Below the pieces are notes generated by a model. That model did not search any database. It had not been told where the DNA came from and was given only the letters and a program-made list of their open reading frames with translations. A stretch of DNA of 63,813 nt, filler included, from Reclinomonas americana ATCC 50394 (Eukaryota), in assembly GCA_048213135.1 (NCBI GenBank). It is 7 parts of 7 records of this genome, joined end to end, with 100 filler letters (N's around TTAATTAATTAA, not from the genome) between each part and the next. Parts side by side here need not be neighbours in the genome. Positions count along the whole stretch, not along the records: positions 1 to 15,423 come from PS015624.1; positions 15,524 to 27,488 come from PS015625.1; 5 more parts are not named here. One strand, given 5' to 3'. Positions within the stretch are counted from its first letter, which is position 1. Each line of letters begins with the position of its first letter. Shown here piece after piece: positions 11,347 to 23,115 of this stretch. The position numbers and the translations under genes were made by a program.

Positions 11347-12674
11347 CGCCAGTGACGTTCGACACGACGTGAAAGTGCCAGCTTCTCGCCCAACTGAGTG
11401 CACACGGGTGCGGTCAACACAATGCGTGCTGTGTCGTCTCGGACGGCTGACACACGGCCGCCGGCTGACATGCTACCAATGTTGACCATCAGCACTTCGC
11501 TGATTGCGAGTTTTTGCACCTGCACAGCGACAGCACAAAGAGAGTGAGCTTCAAGTTGGCACAGGAATACATATAGAGGGTGACAGACCTTGCCCTGCTT
11601 GCCATCGCCGGTCTTGACACCCAGCAGGCGGCGCAGGAGGAAGAAGCTAATGTCGAGTTCTGTGTAGATCTCAGGCAAGTGTCCTGGATCGCCAATGACC
11701 TGCGAAATGGACCCGAATTAGCACGAATATCAAAGGAGGGGAGAAGGGAGAAGGGGAGACGGAAAGGGATAAAAGGAGACGAAAAGGGAGAGAGAATGGG
11801 GGAGAGTGACGGGACAAAAAACAGGGACAATTCAGGGAGAGAATGAGGGGAAAACAGGGAGAGAAGAGGGGAAAGGGAGACAGAAAACGGGAGCAAACCG
11901 AGGAAAGAGGCTCAAAGTTCTCGCATCCTCAACCAATCGACTATCTATCATTCCCGTGTTCACTCTATTAGCACGAGTCTCCTGGCTTCTCTCTCTACTT
12001 GCATTTCACATTCCTCCCCCTAGAGTACATTCTTCCCTTCGCCGAGTCTCATTACCTTTCCCTTTTACCCCCCTCTCCCTTGCCCTTCTGCCCCCTTCTA
12101 CCCCTTCCCCCTTCCCCTTATCACCCACCTGCCCAACAAGTCGATCCTGGCGCGTCAGCGTGGGATCAATCTTGGTGCCGACACCAATGAGACCACCGGG
12201 TACGGCAAACTGCAACTCGTTCTCCTCGGCGTACAGTGATGTGATGCGTGTTCGGATCGGTGTGCACTTTTGTCGGCCGTCGTCCATGCGCGACACAATG
12301 CCCGGTCTGACCTCAATGTCTTGTCCCTTCTGCTCACCCGCCCACACCAACACATGAGTACATCATCCAACAAACAAGAGAGACGGTGACTTGTCCTCGA
12401 CCGAGAGACGAACCCTCAACACGCCCTCAATGATACTGCCACCGGCGACGCCACCCTTCAGTCCGGCCACCTCTGTGCCGGCCTTGTTGACGTCGAACGA
12501 ACGAATCACAATCATGCGCGGCCGCGTCACGAAATTCCGCTGCGGCACCGGAATCGTACGGACCATGTACTCCAGCAGTGCGTCGACGTTGAAGCCGAGC
12601 TGTGCACTGATGGGGATGATGGGGCTGCCCTCGGCATTCGTGCCGTTGATGAAGGCACGGATGGCGCGGAATTG
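11347..12674 (-). CDS. EIF2S3: eIF2 gamma, middle exons (segment inverted between two N-gaps)
   Basis: PIIPISAQL...RSFDVNK...GGVAGGSI...[15 protein letters not shown]...LMVNIGS...[10 protein letters not shown]. Confidence 0.95.
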
Positions 12675-13018
12675 CTGATCAGCGACAAAATGAGGAAACG
12701 GGGGAGGAGCGAGGTCATCAAAAGGAGAGAGAGAGNNNNNNNNNNNNNNNNNNNNNNNNNNNNNNNNNNNNNNNNNNNNNNNNNNNNNNNNNNNNNNNNN
12801 NNNNNNNNNNNNNNNNNNNNNNNNNNNNNNNNNNNNNNNNNNNNNNNNNNNNNNNNNNNNNNNNNNNNNNNNNNNAAAGAGAGGCTCTTTGCTCACTCGC
12901 AAGCTCCTTCTATTCTGTCATATTTTGGTTGCGCCTGAGTCACTTTGTGTCTTCCTCTCCGTGTCGCTCTTTCTCTTCAGTTTCCTTGCTTTCCGTGTTA
13001 TGCAGGGCTCTCTGTTGT

Positions 13019-13100
<82 letters not shown>

Positions 13101-13237
13101 TCTCTTGCCCTCTCCCTCTCCTTGTCCCTCTCTCTGTCCCTCTCCACTCTCTCCCTCTCCCTCTCCCTCCTTTCCCTCTCTCCCTCTCTTCCCCCTCCCT
13201 CACTCACCCACCCTCCCTTCCCTCCCTTCCCGCGCAG

Positions 13238-13292
13238 CCTCATTGGCTGGGGAGAGATCCGCTCCGGCACCGTGCTGGAACCGTCGAGCTAG
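13238..13292 (+). CDS. EIF2S3: eIF2 gamma, last exon
   Basis: CAG acceptor then (R)LIGWGEIRSGTVLEPSS*, the conserved eIF2-gamma C-terminus. Confidence 0.92.
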
Positions 13293-13459
13293 AGCGCATG
13301 CGCGGCACAAGTTTGAGTACTATGTGTGAAGAGGATTGTTGTGTGCCCCAAGTGTGTGTGCGTGCGTGCGACCCGGCTCGTAGACGACAATAAAAAAAAC
13401 CAAGAAAAATCCATGATCCATTCATCCACATTCACAAACTTCTTCGCCCGAGGTGTGGC

Positions 13460-14789
13460 ATGAGCAATCGCTCCTTCAACGACATGTCTCTGTCGCCACC
13501 AGCCGGCGCCACTGACGGCACCCGCTCGCCTCCTCTCCTCCTCTCCTCCTCCTCATCGCACCTGACAGCGACCACAGTCGGCGGCACTCAGCGCCACAGC
13601 AGCAGCAGCAGTGGTGGTGGTGGAGGCGACGATGACATGGAGCACTCTGGCAACAGCGACGATGCTGCGCAAGTGCGATCACTGGTGGAGCGATACGAGC
13701 GCGGAATGCAGCAGCAGACGTCGGTCTTGGGCAAGCTCAAGCAAGAGTTTGCGCGACTCACGCACGCGCATCAGTCGGGCCGCGCTGCTGCGACTGCTGC
13801 AGGTACGAGTGGTGGGAGTGTGAGCATGCTCAGTGCCTTGTCTCCACCGCCACTGGTCGCGTCACAGCAGCAGCAGGTGCGATGATCGTTTTTACTGACA
13901 TTTTTCGCGCCTAAATCTGCTGCAATCAATCGCTTATGACTTCATTTGTGTGGCATCAGTCGTCGCCTGGGTCCATGATGGACGCTTTGTCGGCTTCGTC
14001 ATTGAGCAGTTTCGCGCGCTTTTTTCTTCGTTGTTGTTGTCTCTGTCTGCGTTTTGATCAATCGCTTTCCAGTGTCGATGGGTGATCGACTGGCCGACAT
14101 CAACGTGGTGCTCGAGCGCAATGGTTTTCGTCGCCTCCACCCAAACCTCAGTGCGTTGTCCTCGTGCATGTCTCAAGTGACCTGCTGCCCGTCTGATCTG
14201 ATCACAGACGACACGCAAAACGTGGCGGTGCTGGCCGATGTGGTGGACGAGTTGGATCGGAGGCGATCGGTGGTCGACTCGTTGCTCTCGGAGGCGCACG
14301 AGCGGCGTGCCAATGACTCAGCGAGTGAGTCGACGATGCGGTCGCTCGATAGCACGGTGGCATCGCTGCGGCGCGAGTTGCAGGCGGTGGAGGGCCGTCT
14401 GTACGAGTCGGAGGAGGCGCGGCGACGATTGCAGCATGAGGTCGATCAGGAACGCGCACAGCACAAGCGTGAGATGCGTGAGATGGCGGCGATGCACGGT
14501 CAGCTGGAGAATCGTGCGCGAGCCAAGGAGCGTGAGGTTGATGGCCTGCGCGAACGCCTGTCAGAGCTGCTGACCAAGGTTGGGTGGCAGTCATTTTCAT
14601 CTAGCATTCACTGGGCTGACGTGCAGAGCAGGATGAGGCACGGCGGCAGCGCGATCTTGCGCTCTTTCGGGAGATCACCTCCAAGCCGAACGTACGACCC
14701 AACAACATTCACGACACGCGCATGCTGGAGGCGATTTCGGCGTACGAGAGTCGCAAAGAGCGCATGACGGAGGAGTTGCACAGGCTCAG
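13460..14789 (+). CDS. Coiled-coil protein resembling centrosomal CEP70, 5' part
   Basis: INVVLERNGFRRL...DELDRRRSVVDSLL, a long coiled coil, then HDTRMLEAISAYESR. Resemblance to CEP70 is from recalled motifs only. Runs into a gap. Confidence 0.5.
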
Positions 14790-15272
14790 GTGGGGGAAGG
14801 GGAAGGGGAAGGAAAAGGGAAGGGCGATGAGGGAGAGGGGAGGGGGAGTGACAAAGGAAGGGTGCGAGGTGAGAGTAAGGGGTTCGGAGGAAGGAGCGAG
14901 TGCAACGAGACTAAACGGGGGGGACTGTGGGAGAAGGGGGAAAGGCGCGAGATAAGTGAGAGAGGGATTGTGTGATAGAAAAGAGAGGAGGCTGGGGGAA
15001 TGATCAAGAGCCATGAGGATGCATGTGAACTGTTCTCGAACTGAATCGCATTGTATCGTACCTGTCACCAGAGGGTGCCGCAGCGAGAAAATAGAGAGAG
15101 ATAACACTGGAAGAAAGAACAGCTAACTGCAGCCACTCGGGAAGAGTGTGAGAGAAAGGAGGTGGAAGTGGAAGAGGGTAGGCAGCGAGCAAGAACAAGG
15201 GGGCTTGAGATGAAGGCTGAGAATACTGTGAAAGGGGCTGGTGCAACAGTATACGATTGCACAAGTCGCGGT

Positions 15273-15329
<57 letters not shown>

Positions 15330-15467
15330 TAGGAGGAGGAGGAGGTACGTACTCGTCTCGTCCGTCCGTCCGTCTTCTTCCTTCCTTCCTTCCCTTCCGT
15401 CGTCGTACGACGTACGTACTCCTNNNNNNNNNNNNNNNNNNNNNNNNNNNNNNNNNNNNNNNNNNNN

Positions 15468-15479
15468 TTAATTAATTAA
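15468..15479. other. Artificial contig linker TTAATTAATTAA (also at 27533, 31951, 49427, 54801, 61802)
   Basis: Identical 12-mer with stops in all six frames, always embedded in N-runs. Confidence 0.97.
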
Positions 15480-15523
15480 NNNNNNNNNNNNNNNNNNNNN
15501 NNNNNNNNNNNNNNNNNNNNNNN

Positions 15524-17236
15524 GTTCTCGGTGGTGGTGGAGGCGACTGCGCGCGACGGCACCGCCACCACCACCTTTTGCCTGCGTGCAGCACTGGCGG
15601 TGGTGTCCAGCGAGAGCAGTGCTGACGGCGGCCGCGGCGGCAGCTCATTGACAATCATGGTCGCGAGAATCGCCTTTTGCTCATCCTCCGACGTCGGCGA
15701 CGACAGCGGCGACGCCGACGAGCTCGACAGCGAATCCGACAGCCGATCACTGTGCTCTGCCGCCGCCGCAGCCGCGGCAGCAGCGCTCGGCTTGCCCTCG
15801 ATCAAATCACGCTCCAGCGGCACTGGCGCGTGCGGTCGTCCCATCAACAGCGACGGCGACGACGACGACTTGCCAATCACCATGAGACCGGCGGCGGCCG
15901 TCGACCAGCCGTTCTCCGTGGGGGGACTGCGGGCGGCAAAGCTCTTGCGAATGGGTACGATCATGTCTTCCTCTTCTTCTTCTTCCTCTGTGTCGTCGCC
16001 CTCAATGAATAGTTGGCGGCGCTGGCTTGGTGGTTGAACGGGGGGCAAAGGGGCGTGGGGTGGGGGTGGTGAGGGGACTGTGGGGGAAGGAGAAGGGGTG
16101 AGAAAAAGGAAAAGGGGGAAGGGGGGAAGGGAGGGGAAAGGGGAGAAGGGGGGAGGAGAGCTGGGGAAACGGAGAACGAACGAAGCCAGAGGCTAGAAGG
16201 GATCAAAGAGAAGGAAGATGAGGAGAGAGTCGGACTGAGAGAACTGAGCTGCGAAAGAGGGACAGTGACAATGGAGGCAGCAGAGAGAATGATAGGGGGC
16301 AGGGGAGGAGAAGAAGCGAGAGGAGGGCAGGGTGAGGAGAGACTGTCAGGAGAGAGGGAGAGAGTCACAATGAGCTGTGAAAGAGGGACAGCGAGAAAGG
16401 GAAGCAGCGAAGAGGGACAGGAGGAGGGGCAAGAGGAGGGCAGTGAGACGAAGGGAAGGAGGGAGGGAGGCAGAGGGAGGAGGGAGGCCAGAGAGACAGC
16501 AGAGAGAGAGAGAGAGAGGAGGCCGGAAGGGGAGGAGAAGAGACGAGAGGAAGGCAGAGGGAGGAGGCAAGAGGGGGCCAGAGGGCAAGCAATATAGACA
16601 GCAGCGAGACGCGAGGGAGGAGAGGCAGAGAGAGAAGAGAGAAGAGAGAGAGAGAAGAGACAGAGAAGGAAGATGAGGAGGGAGACAGTGAGAGGGAGGG
16701 CAGGAGGACGCAACAGGGAGAGACACGAGGGAGAGACAGAGAGAACACGCTCCAAAATGCACCTGCAGACGACAACACTGGCGATCGCGATGACAAGCTC
16801 GACCAACGCGCAGGCACAATCGCTATTGATGCTGATGTTGTAGTTGTAGTTGACACTGACTGTTCCTGTTGCCTTGCACTCTATTCTCCCCGCACGCACG
16901 CAACAATAATAAACACAGACGCAAGAGAGTGAGAGATCAAACAGAGCGCGGACATTGGTTGCAGAGTTCCTCCGTGTGTGATTATTTCCCCTTGCCTCTC
17001 TTTGTCAGACAACTCACCTCTCCAATGCGCATCCACAGTGCACACTCTGTGTGTGCGTCTGTGAGGCGCCACATGCACTGAGAGCGCGCATGCTCAAATT
17101 CCGCTCTCCTTGCGCTCTCCAATGAGGAGCTGTTGTTGTTGTCAAGGGTGTGTAAGAGAGGGAGGCCGCGGGGTGCGCAGAAGCGGAAGGCCACTTGCGA
17201 GTGTTCTTCGCAGAGGGCCGAGTGCATCATCATCAT
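15524..17236 (-). CDS. Hypothetical Ser/Ala/Glu-rich protein, multi-exon, 3' end in gap
   Basis: Coding-like open frame 15524-16040, with a long pyrimidine-rich intron upstream. 5' exons uncertain. Confidence 0.45.
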
Positions 17237-17661
17237 TGTGAGAGATGAGAGAGATTGATAAGGGCGAACGGTCACAATGATGAGTCAACGGTGCGCGGAC
17301 AACTGCGGTATTGATATTGGGGGAATTCGAAAGGGAGGTCTGATGTATGTGGGACTACAGGTTAGTGATTGGGACGGTGGGGGTGGGGGAGTCGTCTGTG
17401 AAATGGAGCTGAGGGAAGGGAGGATGGAGGGCAGCCGCAGCAAAGTTATTGATTGCTTCACGGATCTGGACCGCAGCGGCCAAGCTTCATTTGTCTGGCT
17501 TGTTTGCCGAGCCAAACACCACCAAGCAAACCGTGCACCGAGCAGCAAGAGACGTGCAGTCTTCTCCAAACACTCAAGAGACACAAACAAAGACACAAAC
17601 TCCACTCGTCAAAACACACCTCCTCAAGTCGTGCGGAAGTGCCGACAAACCGAGAGATCGG

Positions 17662-18857
17662 TCAGTCACGCGAGCGCCCACAGTCCGCGCCAGCGCCGTC
17701 GACACCAGAGTCCGTGCAGAGGACCTTACGCAGCTGAGGACATTTCCCACCTGCAGCTATCGGCTGGGCGTCTGTCATGATCAATGGCTCGCAGCCGAAG
17801 TACGCTGGATCGTACGTCGCGCCGGCTGAGAGAGCCGCCAACAACTTGTCAAAGTCAAAGTTGTCGACGTTGTACTCGGTTATGACCCAATCTGGTGTGG
17901 CCCATTCCAGGCTCAACTTGCGCGGCTCGTAGCTCGGCAAGCCAAAAAACACCACATCCTCTGGTGGACGACATAGCACCATCCACGTCACACCATCAGG
18001 CCGCACGGCCGCCAAAATCGTCTCGCACACAGCGACTCGATCCACTGCTGATCCCACCCACACTCGCAAACACGATCGCGTTCGATACGGGTCGCCCTTG
18101 TCGATCGGAATGCGGGAAGGTGGCACGATTTCCACAGAGACCGCAGTGCCGTCGACCACGCACTTGGCCAGCGACTGTTGCAGGTGACAGAGGGCGGCTG
18201 AAAACTGTTGCGAATCGATCGCGCCACCGGCACCTCGCTCTTCGTACTCGGCAATCTCGGGGGCGACCAAAATCTGCCCATCCATCTTCGCACACCGGCT
18301 GCCTCGCAACAACTCGCGTGGATCCACTGCACGGCCGCCATTCTGCGCGACCGCTTGTGGCCACTTTTGTCGCCACTTCTTCAACGGCGGTGGCTTGCCT
18401 GTGCAGTGAGAAAGAGAGAGAGAGAGAGAGAGCCACTTGTGTAAACCAAAAGTGACTGCCACACCACGATGACCTTCATACAGCACACAAACGCACCAAT
18501 CGTGGTCCGCCGCACAACAAAGGTGTGATCCGCCTGTTGTTCAGTGGCCCGGCCGTCAGCCTCGAGCCAGTGCTGCAGGCGACGCATCACTTCGTCATCA
18601 GATCCGCGAGGCACACGAAAGTGGGGCGTTGCACGCCGACTGCGAGAGGTCGCACGGCTGCCAGCTGCCGCTGATGAACTGAGCGATGCAGTCTCCTTCG
18701 GCGCAGTGGCACTCTCGGAGGGAGAGGTGAGTGTCGTAGTTGTTGATGAATGAGAATCATCCTCCGCAGTGCCGCTGCGTCGTCGTCGTCGTCGTCGGTG
18801 TCGTTGGGTGTGCGACTGGCGAGTGCGCGACGCCGAAGCACGCGGTGCGCTCATCAT
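17662..18857 (-). CDS. Hypothetical protein, 2 exons
   Basis: Two coding-like ORFs joined by an intron ending in (CT)n...CAG near 18400. No family recognised. Confidence 0.55.
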
Positions 18858-19776
18858 GAGGCAAGGAAACTGGGAGCACCACGCCCGCCTACAGTCTAAA
18901 TTTCGGAGAGCAAATGTGCACGTGATGGCACCACCACAGAGGCACGACTTCAAGAGCGCATGAAATATCAACAGCGGTTCTGCCTTCCTCCACGCAGAGA
19001 CGTGCAACAGCCAACTCATTCATTCGCCAGCAAACACGGCGACACACACGCGGCTGAAAGCGTACACAACATCAATCAAAAAAAACGAACCCCGTTATCA
19101 CTCGTCACTCGAGTGCACCTGCGCAACACCAAAACACACATACACACACACACATGCACGCACGACAACGTCAGCGCACAAGTTCCTCTCTCTCTCTCTC
19201 TCTCAAGCAGAACGCAACATCCGGCATCTCATTCATGGCGACGACAGCAGTAGTGCCACCGCACGAGACAGACTCGTGCGAGGCCTCACCGACAGGGTCG
19301 GCGCCGATGATGGCGGCACACGGAAGGCTCTCCAAGCCCTCTGCGAGTGAGAGACAGAGAGACAGAGAGTGAGTGACACACTGACAGACACATTCTCCTC
19401 TCGCGGTCTCACATTCTCACACACGCATACACATGGATACATCTCACTCTCTCACACTCACACCCTTGCACACACACACACGCGCACGCACACTCATACA
19501 CTCACACACTCACACACACACACACACTCAGCCGCTCTCCTGCCTTCCCTTTCCTCTCTCTCTCCACTCTCTCTCTCTCTGTCTGACTCTTTCTTCTCAC
19601 GCACCATTCGGACGCGAATGCGAAGAACCCATCTCTCTCACACACGTGCTCACACTGCTTCACTCGCAACCACAGAACAACGAAGGAGCTCTCTCGCAAG
19701 AAAGAGAATCGAAAACACAATCAGCGTGTCCCACTGTCGCCTTCGTGTCCCCCTCCCTCTCTCTCCCCTTTCCTCC

Positions 19777-20901
19777 ATGGCATCCACCGCTCCTCCCCCT
19801 CCCTTCTTCTGCAAAGTGATGCAAGAACCTGCGAGAGTCTTCACAGTCGCCATCACTCCCGATTCGCGCCACTTTGTGAGTGCAGGTGTGAACAGCGTGG
19901 TGCGTGTGTGGTCACTGGCGAGTGGCAAGGAGGTGCGCCAGTTGCGAGGACACACCGATGACGTGCGGTCTGTCACCGTCACTCCCGACGGTCAGCACGT
20001 TGTCAGTGCGAGTGGTGACGCGTCTGTGCGCGTGTGGTCGCTGGCGAGTGGCGAAGAGGTGCGACGCATGGAGGGGCACACAGGGAGGGTGAACTCTGTC
20101 GCCGTCTCTCCCGATGGTCTGCTCGTGGCGAGTGGGGGTTGGGACAAGACAGTGCGACTGTGGTCTCTGGTGAGTGGCGGCGAAGTGCGACGGCTGGAGG
20201 GACACGATGATCAGGCGTGGTCTGTCGTCTTTGCTCCCGATGGCCAGCACGTGCTCAGTGCGAGTCTGGACTGGACTGTGCGTGCGTGGTCTGTGGCGAG
20301 TGGGGAGGAAGTGCGGCGGTTCGTCAAGGACGGTGATGGTGATTCGGTGTACTCTGTGGCTGTGTCGCCAGACGGGCAGTGTGTGTTGAGTGGGAGCTCG
20401 GACTGCACAGTGCGAGTGTGGTCCATGGCGACTGGCGCCACCCTTCATCGCTTGGAGAGACACGACGGATGGGTGTTTTCCGTCGCCTTCACTTTCGATG
20501 CTCGGTACATGGTGAGTGGGAGCGGAGGCAGCACTGTACGACTGTGGTCTGCCGTGACTGGGGAGGAGATTTGCCAGCTGCAGGGGCACGTTAGCGCGGT
20601 GTGGTCGGTCGCCGCTGCACCCTGCGGCCAGCACATTGTGAGTGGCGGCGAGGACAGGACGGTGCGAGTGTGGTCGACGCCGTGCGGACTGGCCCGCTTC
20701 GATCTCGACGAAGCACGGCAGGCCATGCGGGCGGTTCAGGAGATGCTGGAGGAGGAGGAGGAGGAGGAGGAGGAGGAGGAGGAGGAGGAGGAGGAGCATG
20801 TTCCACGCTGCCTGCCAGAGATAGTGCTGCGGTGCTTCATCGTCGAGGATGCCGAGGCAGTCCTCTTCCGGTGCCGCACCGATACCACACTGTGCCTCTA
20901 G
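19777..20901 (+). CDS. WD40 family copy 6 (intronless; poly-Glu expansion in tail)
   Basis: MASTAPPPPFFCK..., 7 WD repeats, STPCGLARFDL...(E)n [26 protein letters not shown]. Confidence 0.92.
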   Translation: MASTAPPPPFFCKVMQEPARVFTVAITPDSRHFVSAGVNSVVRVWSLASGKEVRQLRGHTDDVRSVTVTPDGQHVVSASGDASVRVWSLASGEEVRRMEGHTGRVNSVAVSPDGLLVASGGWDKTVRLWSLVSGGEVRRLEGHDDQAWSVVFAPDGQHVLSASLDWTVRAWSVASGEEVRRFVKDGDGDSVYSVAVSPDGQCVLSGSSDCTVRVWSMATGATLHRLERHDGWVFSVAFTFDARYMVSGSGGSTVRLWSAVTGEEICQLQGHVSAVWSVAAAPCGQHIVSGGEDRTVRVWSTPCGLARFDLDEARQAMRAVQEMLEEEEEEEEEEEEEEEEHVPRCLPEIVLRCFIVEDAEAVLFRCRTDTTLCL

Positions 20902-21223
20902 CGTGGTCTCTGGCCTCTTGAAGTCGTTCTGTCGGGAAATGTATGCGTCGCGCGACGCACTGCGGGTTGCACTTGCACAATTACTCCACAGAAGAATCCT
21001 ACACGATGCTACTCGCTATTGACTCTCCCTTCGTGTCTATCTCTCACTCTCTCTGTCTGTCTGCCGTTCTGTCTGTTTACTCTGTCTGTGCATCTCGACT
21101 TCCAGTCATCAAAGGCGACACTTACACAGGTTAGCTTCGTCGTATTTCATTCGATATCGATATCGTGATGGATGATTGACGCCGACACATCTTCTCACCC
21201 CCTCTCTTTCCACCGCCTCCGCC

Positions 21224-22642
21224 ATGGGCGCCTGCTGCTGCGCACCGCGCGACGACCACCCTCTCTCACATCAAAAGCCACACCACGAACAGCGGTACCT
21301 CACGCAATCACCAGTCACCACCGAGGCCACGACTCCATCAACCGCCGATGTCAACGATGATGATGAGTACGATGATGACGATGAGAGGAGACACCGACGT
21401 CGGCGACGACGACGAGCACCACCCACATTGCCTCCAGAGGTCGCCCGCTTGACAGGTTGCAGCGGTCGCGTGCACGCAGTCGCTGTGTCGCCGCATGTCG
21501 CCGGATTGCCACAGGTAATCTGCAGAGCGAGAGAGTGCTCATTCTGTCTCCCTTCCCCACACACGCTCTCTCTCTCCCTCTCTCTGCAGCTGGTGGCCAC
21601 GGCATGCGAGAACCAAACCGTGGAGATCTTCAACGCCGACACGGCCACGTTCCTCGGCAAACGCGAGGGACACAACAGCGAGGTGCTCTCCGTGGCCTTC
21701 TCGCCCTCCGATCCCACCATGCTGGTGAGTGGAGGCGGCGGTCGCCGCTACCTCAACTACGAGGTCATTCTGTGGGATCTGTCGGATATGGTGGCCAGTC
21801 GGCGGCGCGTCCGCATACAGCCGCGTAGTCGCTTGCCGCCCATCAACCCTCTCCGCTGGCGATCGCGGAGACTGACGCACAGCACCGATTCGCTGGTTGT
21901 CTCACGTGATCAGCGGCTGGTGGTGGCGGCCGTGCGCGATGGCACTGTGCGCGTGTGGCAAGCGGCTTCCGGCAAGTTCCTGCGTGTGCTGGTCGGACAT
22001 ACCGCACCAGTGCGTTCGGTGGCGACGGTGCTTGTTGGTCAGGAGGAGTTGCTGGTGAGCGGATCCGACGATGGCACGATTCGGTGGTGGCGCATGGACA
22101 CTGGCGAGTGTCTGCGGTTCGTGCAGACCGACAGTGGCGTGCGGTCCGTGGCCGTGTCGGGCGATGATCGTTTGGTGGCGACGTCGCACGCCAATGTGGA
22201 GTGGCTCGGACGCAGTTCACCGTCGTTGCGACGCGCGTCTCACCCGATCCGCCTGTGGTCGTCGCTGTCGGTGTTCGAAGACGACGATGGACCGCAGCTG
22301 GTGCGCTCGTTTGGTGGTGGCGGTGGCGACGGATTCGCGATTGTCGATGCGTCGTTTTGTGGCGACGACGCTCAGTTTGTGCTGAGTAGTGCGCTCGGTT
22401 CGTGCACGTGTCGCGCTTGATCGAGGCTGCTTGCCGTCGACTCACTTCGGTTGCTCGCAGACTGCACCGTGTGCATCTGGCAGCGCAGCAATGAGAGCAA
22501 CGAGTGCGTGGCCGTGGATGTGGTCGGGCCGGGTCCTCCGGCGCGCAGCTTGCACGATGGGCGCATCGTGTGCGGCTGCTACGAGGGAGTGTTGGCGGTG
22601 ATGGCACCGGGTGAGTTGTGGCAACCAGCGCATAGGGGATAG
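21224..22642 (+). CDS. WD40 protein unrelated to the family above, with N-terminal MGACCC (myristoylation/palmitoylation-like), 2 introns
   Basis: Divergent WD repeats, no conserved tail; GT-AG introns near 21515 and 22398. Confidence 0.75.
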
Positions 22643-23115
22643 AAGGAAGATGAAGATGCGAAAAGCGTGGGCTGCAATTGAAAAAGAGACGAACACAATG
22701 TTCACATAGAGAGAGAGAGAGAGAGAGAGAGAGAGCACTCTCGTCCTACGTAAAAACAATGCGAGTACAAGGTGCAGCAGACAGAGCACAGCGCACCTCA
22801 ACAACCAGCGCACTCAGTCCGCGAAAAAAGGGAGAGGGCGAATGTTGGCTCATTTGGAGCTCACCAATGCGCACGCGCAGGTCCCTGGAGCTCCCGCTGG
22901 TGTGCCCAACAGGAGTCGCGAGCGGCGCGGAATGCCGTGGATGCCGTGTACGGGCTGCTGTGCATGGAGCGTGGCCGCGGCAATGGTGGTGGAGAACCGC
23001 TGCCACTGGTGGTGTTGCGCGCAGTGCAAAGTGGATGCGCGGCCGGAGTGTGACGAATGCTGACAAACAAAATCTACTGCGGCTACATTCTACCCACACA
23101 CGACACACACACCCG

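Noticed and set aside
11273..12875. eIF2-gamma middle exons on the opposite strand (gene scrambling or trans-splicing?)
   Set aside because: The segment is bounded by N-gaps on both sides, and flipping it yields a normal collinear gene. Contig misorientation is the simplest explanation; long reads would settle it.
15468..15479. Recurrent palindromic TTAATTAATTAA (transposon target or regulatory site?)
   Set aside because: Always centred in N padding; an artificial six-frame-stop linker.
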